From an uncultured Acidobacteriota bacterium (GTDB lineage: Bacteria; Acidobacteriota; Thermoanaerobaculia; Multivoradales; UBA5704): a stretch of DNA of 64,000 nt. Below are positions 40,678 to 49,627 of the stretch, piece by piece. The stretch spans positions 4,256,001-4,320,000 of the forward strand of contig CAVYRF010000002.1 of NCBI GenBank assembly GCA_963770895.1, in the 5' to 3' direction. The translations under genes were made by a program, and so were the position numbers. The notes beneath the pieces were generated by a model. The model was not told where the DNA came from and did not search any database. It was given only the letters and a program-made list of their open reading frames with translations. How positions within the stretch are numbered: position 1 is the first letter of the stretch; every line of letters starts with the position of its first letter.

Positions 40678-43600
40678 TCAGGTCCAGGCGCCGAGCAGGT
40701 AGAAGGCGCCCCAGTCGCGGGGGTGTGGGTAGCGGCGGCGGATTTCGAGCTGGGCCTGGCGGAAGGCGTCGCGGCGGGTGGCTTGCTGGGCCAGGGCCTG
40801 GTAGAGCTCGACGAAGAAGGCGCAGGCCACGTCGCTGGCGGTTTCCCAGAGGGTGCCGACCAGGGTTTCGGCGCCGGCCAGGAGGAGGGCGGCGGGGAGG
40901 CCGCGCGGGTTGTCGGCGCGGTCGAAGCGGCCCAGGGCGGTTTCGCAGGCGCTCAGGGTGACCAGCTGCAGGCCGCGCAGGTCCTGGCGCAGCAGCTCGT
41001 GGGCGTGGAGCAGGCCGTCGGAGCCGGGCGCCGGCGTGACCACCAGGTATTGAAAGGCGGGGGCGTCGAGGTTGAGGGCGCCGTGGGTGGCGAGGTGGAC
41101 GCAGCGGGCCTGGCGCAGTCCGTCGAGCACCGCGGACTCGGTCACGGCGTCGTCCAGGATCGGCTGGCTGGCAAAGGCCTGGGCGACCAGCGTGGCCTCC
41201 GTGGCAACGTCGGGCAGCGGGTCCAGCTGGTAGGGATTGGAGCGCTGAAAGGTCAGGCCGTAGGCGGCGATCCCCTGGCGGGGCGCGGGGCCGGCCGCGG
41301 CTGGGCTGGCCGCGCCGGGGGGTTGCAGGAGCTCGATGGACGGCACCACGGTGACCGTCCATTCGTCGCCCAGCAGGCGGTTGTCGTCGAGGCCGAGCAG
41401 GTGGAGCGGTGCGTAGTGGAACGGTCCGTGGGGGACGACGATGAGGTGGTCGCAGCCTTGGCGGCGCAGCTGGTCCAGGGCGGTGCGCACGCTGCCGTGG
41501 AGAAAGAGGCTGCCGGCGATGGTCTGCTCGCGGCGCAAGGCGGCCGGGTCCAGAGTGTCGTCGAGGATGGCCTGGCGCAGGCGGAAGACGTCCGCGACGA
41601 AGGTGGAGGCGCGTTCGATGCGGTCTCCCTCCTTGAGATCGCACAGCAGGTCCAGGTCGCCCGGCACGGCGGACAGCCATTCTCCGGCGCGGGCGGCGAG
41701 CAGGGCGTAGATCGCTCGCTTGCCCTGCCATTCGCCCAGGTAGAGCTGCAACACGGCGGTGCGTGGGTCGAGGCCGCCGCGTAGCTCCTCCAGCGAAGAT
41801 GGCCGGGCCTCGGTCTGGCCGGCTCCTGCCAGCTGCCTTTCCAGCCGATCGTCGCAGCTGTGCTGGAGGTTGGTAAGGCGCTCCAGCGGTGTCCGTCCAG
41901 GCGCCGGACTGTCGGCGCGGGTGAAGGAGAGCAGGCGGATCTGGCTGTCGATGCGGCTTCCCGGCCCGGTTCCTTCGCCGGCGAGCGGCACGCTTTCGCG
42001 CAGCGCGGCGATCTGCAAGAGCAGGCCTTCGTCAGGCGTGGCCGCGGTCTGGCGGCGCGCGGGGTCCAGGCGGAGCACGGCACTGAAGCGTCGCGCCTTG
42101 GCGGCTTGCCAGGTGAGGTGGAGCAGGTTGGTGTCGACGGCGCCGGACATCTGGCGCTCGGTCAGCGCGTTGAGCAGGAGCTGGAGCAGCTCCACCGCAC
42201 GCGCTCCCAGCGCCTGGTCGAGCTGCAGGTCCAGGTCGAAGACGACGCCAAGGAAGGGAAGGAGCAGCGCGGCGTCGGCGCGCAGGCCGAGGCCGGCGAC
42301 GTAGCGCAGGTGCTCGTAGAGAAAATCGTCCAGGCCAAGCGCCAGTGCGCCGCGGAGCGCCTGGTGGTAGGCGTGGAGCGCCTGGCCGATGCGGCCGGCG
42401 CGAGCGGCGTCCACGCCGGCGCCGGACCAGAGCGACAGGCGCCAGAAGCGGATCGCCTCGGGCACCTGCGCCAGGAGTGCGGGCAGGGTCTGCTCGACGA
42501 TGTCGAGGAGCTTCAGACCCGCCGCTTCCTCGTCGCGCGCGGGGCAGTCGCGCACCAGCGCCAGCAGGGCGCCGGCGCAGCGTTCCGGGCTCCATCCCGC
42601 GGCCTGCGCCTGCTGGTTGAGGAGGCTCGCGGCGGCGAGGGTGCCCGGCGAATTGTCGACCGGCCCGTCGTAGAGCGTCGGCAGCCAGGCGGTGATCAGC
42701 GCGTTGTTGTAGCGGGCGAAGAGATTTGCATCGGCGGCGGTGGCAACCGCCGGGGCGGCGCGCTGGACCGTGGCGAGCGACAGCCGGGGGTCGATCGGGC
42801 GCAGCGCGTGCGACAGGTTGAGCAGGCTTTGCGCGGCGTCGCCCGCGCCGATGCGAGCGACGAGCGCTGCCAGCGGCACGCGCGCGGCGCGCTCCAGGAG
42901 CGCGCGATCCAGCGCCTGGCCCTGGCGCTGGGCGAGCGCCAAGAGGTAGGTGACGTCCGCGATGTCGGAGTCGGAGTCGGCGTCTGGATCCAGCAGCGGC
43001 AGCGCTTCGCGGATCGCCGCGGCGAGCTGGGCCGGCGGCGGCGTGCCCGCGGCGCGGGCGCCGCGTTCCAGGGCGTTGACCTGGCCGACCAGGGCGCGGC
43101 CGCGCTGGCGCCCCGCCGACAGCGCCGCCGCCCGGGCGAAGTGCTCGCCGGCGCAGCGCAGGGACTCTGCCGGTGGTGGATAGGGCGGCACTTCCGCCGC
43201 CGCCTGCCGGCCGCGCCGGTACCAGGCGTCGAGCACCGCCAGCCAGGCCGCGTCGTCGCCGCTGACCGGCGCCAGCAGCGGCTGGAGGTGAAGCCTTGCC
43301 AGCGCCAGGTGGGCACGTGCGGCGCGTGCGGTGTCGTGGGCCGCGAGCGCCCTGGCGAGCAGGCGGTCGCCGGCGGCGCGCGCCAGCTGGTAGCGGCGCC
43401 AGTCGGGCAGCGCGGGCAGCGCGGCGGTGACCTTGCGCATCCAGGCGGCGTCGGCCAGGTCCTGCGCCTGGCCGGTGGCGGCGGTGGCGGGCATGGCGGC
43501 GGCCGCCGTCACCAGCAGCTCGCCGAGGTCGAGTGCCGCGGTGGGGGCCGCGAGCTGATCGAGATGCGCCGCGGCGTGCGTCACGGCGGCGATATCGAGA

Positions 43601-43701
43601 GTGCCGGCGATCGGCTGCTGGGCGGCCAGCTCGCGCGCCACCGCCATGCTCAGCTCGCCGGAGGCCACGCGGGAGGCGAGCTCTGCGAGGGCAAACCTCA
43701 C
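40678..43701 (-). CDS. Large helical-repeat (TPR-like) protein with C-terminal CHAT (caspase HetF-associated) protease domain
   Basis: LIVVPHGPFHYAPLHLL, VHLATHG (His), VTLSACETALG (Cys), LLAGAETLVGTLW, HPRDWGAF. Confidence 0.88.
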   Translation of the reverse strand: MRFALAELASRVASGELSMAVARELAAQQPIAGTLDIAAVTHAAAHLDQLAAPTAALDLGELLVTAAAAMPATAATGQAQDLADAAWMRKVTAALPALPDWRRYQLARAAGDRLLARALAAHDTARAARAHLALARLHLQPLLAPVSGDDAAWLAVLDAWYRRGRQAAAEVPPYPPPAESLRCAGEHFARAAALSAGRQRGRALVGQVNALERGARAAGTPPPAQLAAAIREALPLLDPDADSDSDIADVTYLLALAQRQGQALDRALLERAARVPLAALVARIGAGDAAQSLLNLSHALRPIDPRLSLATVQRAAPAVATAADANLFARYNNALITAWLPTLYDGPVDNSPGTLAAASLLNQQAQAAGWSPERCAGALLALVRDCPARDEEAAGLKLLDIVEQTLPALLAQVPEAIRFWRLSLWSGAGVDAARAGRIGQALHAYHQALRGALALGLDDFLYEHLRYVAGLGLRADAALLLPFLGVVFDLDLQLDQALGARAVELLQLLLNALTERQMSGAVDTNLLHLTWQAAKARRFSAVLRLDPARRQTAATPDEGLLLQIAALRESVPLAGEGTGPGSRIDSQIRLLSFTRADSPAPGRTPLERLTNLQHSCDDRLERQLAGAGQTEARPSSLEELRGGLDPRTAVLQLYLGEWQGKRAIYALLAARAGEWLSAVPGDLDLLCDLKEGDRIERASTFVADVFRLRQAILDDTLDPAALRREQTIAGSLFLHGSVRTALDQLRRQGCDHLIVVPHGPFHYAPLHLLGLDDNRLLGDEWTVTVVPSIELLQPPGAASPAAAGPAPRQGIAAYGLTFQRSNPYQLDPLPDVATEATLVAQAFASQPILDDAVTESAVLDGLRQARCVHLATHGALNLDAPAFQYLVVTPAPGSDGLLHAHELLRQDLRGLQLVTLSACETALGRFDRADNPRGLPAALLLAGAETLVGTLWETASDVACAFFVELYQALAQQATRRDAFRQAQLEIRRRYPHPRDWGAFYLLGAWT

Positions 43702-45899
43702 GGCCGGGTGGCGGCCGATGTGCCGGCGGCCGGTGCGGTGTCAGCCGGTGCGGCGGCGGGGGGCGGCGCGAGCCGCGCGGTGACGTCGCCGAAGTAGAGG
43801 TAGGAGTAGAACGTCGGCGAGACGTCGCCGTACTTGTCGCGGATGGCGGACAGGACGGCCCCCACCGGCTCGCGGCGCGTCAGGATCCCGGCCATCAGGT
43901 CGCTGCTGACCGTGGCCGCGTCCTGGTCGTCGACCGCCCACAGCGGCGCGATGAAGCCGCCGAACTGGCGGCCCAGAAAGGCGTCCGCCCAGCCGCCCAC
44001 CGTGCCCAGGGCGCTGCCGGTCGCTCCCACTTCGCAGGCGTTGAAGAACACCAGCGTCCGGCAGGCCTTGCCGAGGCGGACCTCGGTGCGCGCCACCTCG
44101 CTGACGGCGAGCACGCCGTCTTCGAGGTCGATCGTCGAATTGTCGGCGGTCGACGCGGCGAAGGAGCCGTGGCCGGCAAAGTGGAGGACCGCCACGGGCT
44201 GGCCCGGAGAGCTGTTTTCCAGCAGGGCTCTGACCGCGGCCGTGGTGCCGGCGACGCGGGTGGCGCCGAATTGGGTCACCAGGCCGGCCGACTCCGCTTC
44301 GGCGCGCTGCAAGCCGCGGGCGGCGCTGGGGTAGTGCGGCGCGATGGTGAACAGGCCGCCGCCTGGCAGCTGATTGGGCATCCAGCCGTCGTAGCGCAGC
44401 AGCCACCTGGCCACCGAGTGCATGCGCGCGAGCGGCGGGTGGGTTTCGCTTTCGTCGCCGCGCGTCGGGCGCACCAGCTCCCACGGCAGGTGCGGCTCCG
44501 CGGTGAGGAACTGGATGGTGAGAGGCCGCCGGTAGTGGTCCCAGATCGCCCAATAGGCATCCCGGAACACGGCGGGCGTACGGTTCCAGAGCTGGCCGCC
44601 AAAGCCGTTGATCCTGTCCATGTGCTTGCCGCGTTCGAGGGCGGCGAACTGGGCGAACAGGGCGGCCGCTTCCGCGGCGGTGTCGCGGCCGAGGTCGGCG
44701 TAGCCGTCCAGCCGCGGCGGCAGGCCGTCAAAGCGCGTGGTGCGGAGCTGCCACCGCAGCTGGCCTGGGCTGGACGGGTCCTGGAGCGAGATGTAGACGG
44801 TGAGATCCGGTTCCTGGGCCGCGTATTCGACGGCGACCATGCCCACCGTTCCCACCGTTCCCACCGTCGCCAGCGTTCCCGGCCCGGCGGCCGCGGGGCC
44901 TTGCGGCGTCTCCTGCCGGTTTCCGGGAGGTGGCGTGGCAGGCGGCGAGGGCGCGGTCTGGGCGGGCGGCGCAGGGACCACCGTGAGCTGGCGCAGCGCG
45001 TCGCCGCAGAAGCGGTTGCCGGCGTAAAAGATCGCCTTGACGTCGAGCAGCGCGCCCGGCAGCAGTGCGCCGCGGACGCGGCCGGTGATGCGTGCCGGCA
45101 GCGACGCTCGGTTGCGGCGGATCGTCACCGTGCCGGCGCCGCCGTCGTCGAAATCGATGCCGGAGCAGATCAGGTTGACGGCAAGCGGCAGCGCGGTCCA
45201 ATCGGCCGGCAGCGCCGCGAGGCGCAGCGCGCCGCTGGCCGTCGCGGCGTCGGGGTGTTGCAGCAGGTCGACGGTGAGGGCGATCGGGCGCCCGGGTGCC
45301 GGGGGCGCGTCGGGTTCGATCGCCGGATAGCGGACCGGCGTGCTCCCTTCGTCCGCCGGGAGGCTGGGCTCTGACTCCGCGGGAGACTCCGCCAGCGCAG
45401 GCTGTGCCACGCCTCGCGGCAGCGGGCCGAAAGGCCGCAGCCACTGGTACTCCTGCGGCAGCTTGGAGCTTCTGTGGGTGGCCTGGCGCGGTTCCACGCC
45501 GGCGCCGCCAACCGCGGTGGGCAAGCCCCCCGGCTGGCTGCGCAGGACGTAGCGCCATACGCTGGGGAGGTCCTGGGAGCGGTCCGGACGCCACGAGACG
45601 TCGATCGCCGGCGGTGCCAGGCGATCCGCCAGGACCGTGCTCTGATGATGTTCGTGCAGGTCGAGCACCGCTGCCAGGTCGTTGGCATCGAGATCGGTCC
45701 GCGGCGCCAGGCGGCCGAGCCTGGCGCGCACCTCATCCGGTGTGAAGGCGTACAGATAGGGCGTGCCCCGACGCCGGATCACCACCCAGTGCGCCGTCGA
45801 GCTGAGGATCTTCTTGAGGGCGGTTGCCGCCGGCTGCTCGCCGTCGATGTAAAGGAGATCGCTGCTCCATTCGACGCTGGCCGGCGTTTGCAAGGTCAA
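43698..45899 (-). CDS. Multidomain CHAT protease (unknown N-terminal domain, beta-rich middle domain, CHAT)
   Basis: LPWELV, VLHFAGHG (His), VFFNACE (Cys), GGWADAFL, FIAPLWAVDD, YLYFGD. Confidence 0.85.
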   Translation of the reverse strand: MTLQTPASVEWSSDLLYIDGEQPAATALKKILSSTAHWVVIRRRGTPYLYAFTPDEVRARLGRLAPRTDLDANDLAAVLDLHEHHQSTVLADRLAPPAIDVSWRPDRSQDLPSVWRYVLRSQPGGLPTAVGGAGVEPRQATHRSSKLPQEYQWLRPFGPLPRGVAQPALAESPAESEPSLPADEGSTPVRYPAIEPDAPPAPGRPIALTVDLLQHPDAATASGALRLAALPADWTALPLAVNLICSGIDFDDGGAGTVTIRRNRASLPARITGRVRGALLPGALLDVKAIFYAGNRFCGDALRQLTVVPAPPAQTAPSPPATPPPGNRQETPQGPAAAGPGTLATVGTVGTVGMVAVEYAAQEPDLTVYISLQDPSSPGQLRWQLRTTRFDGLPPRLDGYADLGRDTAAEAAALFAQFAALERGKHMDRINGFGGQLWNRTPAVFRDAYWAIWDHYRRPLTIQFLTAEPHLPWELVRPTRGDESETHPPLARMHSVARWLLRYDGWMPNQLPGGGLFTIAPHYPSAARGLQRAEAESAGLVTQFGATRVAGTTAAVRALLENSSPGQPVAVLHFAGHGSFAASTADNSTIDLEDGVLAVSEVARTEVRLGKACRTLVFFNACEVGATGSALGTVGGWADAFLGRQFGGFIAPLWAVDDQDAATVSSDLMAGILTRREPVGAVLSAIRDKYGDVSPTFYSYLYFGDVTARLAPPPAAAPADTAPAAGTSAATRP

Positions 45900-45906
45900 G
45901 GCTCCG

Positions 45907-47277
45907 TCACGCGGCCCCGACCACCGCCAGGTCGGTGACCGGTGCCGCGCCTTGTGCGCTGACCTGCACGCGCCACACCCCGGCGGGCAGGTCGAACTCC
46001 CCCCGCTGCCAGCCGGTTTCGGCCTCGCGCCGCAGCTTTTCGACGAAGCTCTGGCCGGTGCCCGCGTGCGTCAGGGTGGCCACGATCTGCGGCGCGCCCC
46101 GGTCGGGCCTGGCACGCACCACGAGGGGATCGCCCGGCAGCGCGACGTCGTCCAGGTCGAGGGAGAGCGCCGCCGGCGGCGCCTCGCGGTACAGGGCGAA
46201 GTCGATCGTGTCGCGGGTGAGCAACCCCCGCAGATTGGCCAGGCAGCCATCGGAATTCTGCAGCGAGCCGTGGCATTCGGCGGCATAGATTTCGCGGAGG
46301 GCGTCGCTCAGCTCAAGCGGGGTGGCGGAGGCGCGCGGCACCGTGCCGTCGCCGCCCAGGTCCGCGCCGCCAAAGGCGCGCAGCAGCTCGACGGCGGAAC
46401 CCTGGGTGCGCGCCGTCTGATAGGTCGGCTGCTCGATGCCGACGATGGGGACCAGGGTGTAGCCGTGGTCGCGATAGTCACCCTTCTGTGCGTTGGCCGC
46501 CTGGTGTTGCTCGATCTCGGTATGGAAGGCGCGGGCCGCGTCGGCGCGTTGGCCGTCGACGTATGGCAGCTGGCCGGCCGCGGCCGCGACGCGGGCCAGC
46601 TGGGCGCCGCCGGTGTCGATGCAAGGGTAGGTGGGCAGCAGCTGGTAGACCGACGGCAGCGAGCGGAGCAGCGGGGTCAGGTCGAGGCCCCAGGGACCGA
46701 TCCCCTTCTTCATGCCGTGGACCAGAAAATCCAGCGCGTTGAGCGAGCCGCGATGCGGGGTGCCCAGGGTGATCAGCGTGCGTGTGACACGCCAGCCTTC
46801 CAGGCATTCCAGGAAGTGGCGGCAGATCAGCCCACCCATCGAGTGCGCGATCAGAACCAGCCTGGCATCGCTGTTGCCGGTGGCGTCGCGCCACCGGCGG
46901 AGATGATCCATCGCTTCCCTCTGCAGCCGTGCCGCGTGCACGCGATTGTCGAGCCGCCAGTCGTAGGGAAACGGAAAGAAATTCTGCCCGGGCGTGAGGC
47001 CGAGGTGCGCGATGAGCTCCTGCTGGATGCGCGTATAGCCGTCGATCTTGATCAAGCCCGGCACCAGCGTGACGTCCGGCATCAGGCGCGGCGCCGTGAT
47101 GCCATCGTCCTTGCCATCAGCGGGCAGCGCCAGCTGGTGAACGGAATCGCCGCCGCTGCTGGCCAGCCGCCAGATCGCTCCGGCGGACGTGCTCCACACC
47201 TCCTTGCCGTCGGCGCGCGCCAGGACGCTGCCGATGATGCCGGGCAGCAGAATGACGACGTCGCGAAAGGCTGCCAT
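45907..47277 (-). CDS. LCAT/PGAP1-like alpha/beta-hydrolase (lipase/acyltransferase) with C-terminal beta-rich extension
   Basis: LPGIIGSVL, FPYDWR, IAHSMGG (Ser), TLGTPHRGS, SVYQLLP, GDGTVP (Asp), HGSL (His). Confidence 0.85.
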   Translation of the reverse strand: MAAFRDVVILLPGIIGSVLARADGKEVWSTSAGAIWRLASSGGDSVHQLALPADGKDDGITAPRLMPDVTLVPGLIKIDGYTRIQQELIAHLGLTPGQNFFPFPYDWRLDNRVHAARLQREAMDHLRRWRDATGNSDARLVLIAHSMGGLICRHFLECLEGWRVTRTLITLGTPHRGSLNALDFLVHGMKKGIGPWGLDLTPLLRSLPSVYQLLPTYPCIDTGGAQLARVAAAAGQLPYVDGQRADAARAFHTEIEQHQAANAQKGDYRDHGYTLVPIVGIEQPTYQTARTQGSAVELLRAFGGADLGGDGTVPRASATPLELSDALREIYAAECHGSLQNSDGCLANLRGLLTRDTIDFALYREAPPAALSLDLDDVALPGDPLVVRARPDRGAPQIVATLTHAGTGQSFVEKLRREAETGWQRGEFDLPAGVWRVQVSAQGAAPVTDLAVVGAA

Positions 47278-47435
47278 AGGTCACTCTCAAGAAGATGAGA
47301 AGCTACTCTATGTCACCCGCCAAGAGGTGCGCAACGTGCCGGCGGCTCCGCCAACGGGGCCGGGTTGTGTCCTACGACTCTGTTGCGGTGAGGGGGACGG
47401 GGCGGCCGTGGCCCCGCCCGGGCAAAAGCGTGGGA

Positions 47436-47846
47436 TTAAGCCAGGGGACGCCAACCGATTGTTTCGCAGGGCACTCCGGAGGTTGAGTAGCCTTCGTTTT
47501 CGTTCTCCCTGATCTCCTCCCAACGCTGCCGTTCATTGTTCCACCAGCCTCTGCCCTCGGAATCGTTTGGGAACCGAGCTGCGTAACCACCCGATTGCTC
47601 CGGTCGATAGCTGGTCTGTACCCAGCCGGAGAGAACATCCGTAAGGCCTGGTCTGCCTAGACCATCAGGGCCGATGGTCTTCAGGTGACGGCGGGGTCCT
47701 ATGCACTGGAACACCTCTCTGGTGATCCGCATCAAGTCTCCTCCGCACGGCTCGGTAAGGCCGAGCGCCTCTCCCGGCAGTATCCTCTCTTCCCCTGGGC
47801 AGGCGCGTCCTTCGAAGCTCCTGTACTCGTCGTCGTACGATGGCAT
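47436..47846 (-). CDS. Hypothetical protein (136 aa)
   Basis: AAGGA RBS 8 nt before ATG 47846; protein-like composition unlike shadow ORFs; lower-GC patch. Confidence 0.45.
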   Translation of the reverse strand: MPSYDDEYRSFEGRACPGEERILPGEALGLTEPCGGDLMRITREVFQCIGPRRHLKTIGPDGLGRPGLTDVLSGWVQTSYRPEQSGGYAARFPNDSEGRGWWNNERQRWEEIRENENEGYSTSGVPCETIGWRPLA

Positions 47847-48001
47847 TTGTCATTTCCTTCCTATCGTGAGTACTGGTACAAGGCTCACGTTGTAGAACCA
47901 GGGGGGACGCCCTTAACCAGCGCCGCGCCGCCCGGCAGGGCTGCTACCATAGCCGCCTCTGGCCGCGATGGCACAGAGCGTGTTGAGGAAAAGGAGGGGG
48001 C

Positions 48002-48220
48002 ATGAAGCGCAACAAGGGACACAAACTGGCCTTGCATCGCGAGACGCTGCACCTGTTGGAGCCGGCCGATCTCCGTGCCGCGGCGGGAAACATCACCACT
48101 CCGATCACGCCGCAGTGCACCGCCAGCTGCAACACCTGCGCCGGCAGCTGTGCGTTCAGCAACTGCTCGTGCGTCATCTCCGTCTGCCTCTGCAGCGTGC
48201 CCGTCGTGACCTGCGCCTGA
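48002..48220 (+). CDS. Cys-rich lanthipeptide-like RiPP precursor, 72 aa
   Basis: RBS AAGGAGG; MKRNKGHKLALHRETLHLLEPADLRAAAG|NITTPITPQCTASCNTCAGSCAFSNCSCVISVCLCSVPVVTCA; 9 Cys in the core. Confidence 0.82.
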   Translation: MKRNKGHKLALHRETLHLLEPADLRAAAGNITTPITPQCTASCNTCAGSCAFSNCSCVISVCLCSVPVVTCA

Positions 48221-48248
48221 AGCCGCGATCCCAGCCTAAATTCACATC

Positions 48249-48281
48249 CCGCGCCGCTCGCTCCGCCGGCGAGCGGCGCGG
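48249..48281 (+). terminator. 13-bp stem-loop after the precursor gene
   Basis: CCGCGCCGCTCGC-TCCGCCG-GCGAGCGGCGCGG perfect inverted repeat. Confidence 0.55.
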
Positions 48282-48342
48282 TGCCGGGATCGCCCCCCGG
48301 AGCTGATCGATGAAGCGCGCGATCGGCGCTAGAATCCGCGGC

Positions 48343-49060
48343 ATGTCTCCCCTGGGGCGTGTCCTCTACTGCTTGCTGCTGCTCTGTCCGGCGCTGGCCT
48401 GTCGCGCCGCCACCGGCTCGGGGACGGATAGTGCGATCGGTCCGCTGCGCCCCGGCGATCATCGCATCGACCTGGACCACGGTGGACGGTCACGAACCTA
48501 CCTGGTGCATCTGCCGCCGGCTGCCGCGGCGGGAAAACCGCTGCCGCTGGTCCTCAACCTGCATGGCGCCGGCAGCAACGGGCAAGGCCAGCAGCGTTTT
48601 TCCGCCATGGACGAGCTTGCCGACCGGGCGGGATTCGTCGTCGTGTATCCCGACGGCACCGGCCGCTTCCGGCGGTTTCTCACTTGGAACGCCGGCACCT
48701 GCTGCGGCAGCGCGGCCCTGCAGCAGGTCGACGACGTGGGCTTCCTGGTTGCCGTCCTGGACGACTGCTTCCGCCGCACGCCGATCGATCGCCGGCGTGT
48801 CTACGCCACCGGCATGTCGAACGGCGCGATGATGGCTCACCGCCTGGCAGTGCAGGTGCCGGAGCGCTTCGCCGCCATCGCCCCGGTCGCCGGCGGCATG
48901 GTGTACCAGCGTTTCGGCGCCGGGCTGGCGGTGCCTGTCCTGCACATCCACAGCGTCGACGATCCCCTGGCGCTGTATGCCGCGCCTGCTCGGCGCCGAC
49001 ACCCTGGTGATCGACGCCAACCAGGTCATCTGGGATTTCGTCTCGCGCTTCCACCGCTGA
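48343..49060 (+). pseudogene. LpqC/PHB-depolymerase-like esterase with internal deletion and frameshift
   Basis: LVLNLHGAG, VVYPDG, WNAGTCCG, DDVGFL, GMSNGAMM, HIHSVDD. At about 48981 the frame switches; the family-type C-terminus (VIDANQVIWDFVSRFHR*) lies in another frame ending TGA 49058-49060. The catalytic His region is missing. Confidence 0.75.
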
Positions 49061-49134
49061 GCGCACCACAACGACACTTTGATGACGGTAGAAGTATTGG
49101 CCGGCTACACTTGCCGCCGGCAAGGAGATCACGG

Positions 49135-49587
49135 ATGCCCAAGCTGCCGGAAGAGGATCGATTGGCCGGGGCGCTGAGCCGCCGCGAGGCGATGCAGACG
49201 ATGGCGGCACTGGGCACCCTGCTGGGCATCGGTCGCCTGGAATCGACGCCGCTGCAGGCAAGGAGAACGATCATGGACGTGACGACCACCAAGGACGCGG
49301 CCACGGCGACGCCAAAGGTTGCCAAACGGCGGCTTGCAAACGACCGCGTGCGGGTCCTGGAGCACATCAGCAATCCTGGCGACAAGGAAGAGTGGCACGC
49401 CCATCCGGCCATGGCCGTCTACGTGGTGAGCGGCGGCACCCTGCGCATCACCACGGCCGACGGCCAGACCAAGGACGTCGAATTCGTCACTGACGACGTC
49501 CTCTTCCGCGAGCCCACCACCCACACCACCGAAAATATCGGCAAAACACAGCTGCACGCCATCCTGGTCGAGCTGCTGAAACCGTAG
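49135..49587 (+). CDS. Cupin-domain protein with twin-arginine-like leader
   Basis: AAGGAG before ATG 49135; LSRREAMQ; cupin NDRVRVLE...WHAHP...HTTENIG...ILVEL; second AAGGAG/ATG at 49273. Confidence 0.75.
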   Translation: MPKLPEEDRLAGALSRREAMQTMAALGTLLGIGRLESTPLQARRTIMDVTTTKDAATATPKVAKRRLANDRVRVLEHISNPGDKEEWHAHPAMAVYVVSGGTLRITTADGQTKDVEFVTDDVLFREPTTHTTENIGKTQLHAILVELLKP

Positions 49588-49627
49588 CGCTGCCTCCGCG
49601 GCGGCCGGGCGACAGCCGGCGGCCGGC

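Noticed and set aside
48310-49587. 425-aa ORF as a genuine esterase-cupin fusion
   Set aside because: The linker is out-of-frame esterase tail plus intergenic DNA, and the cupin has its own RBS. Treated as pseudogene plus separate gene.
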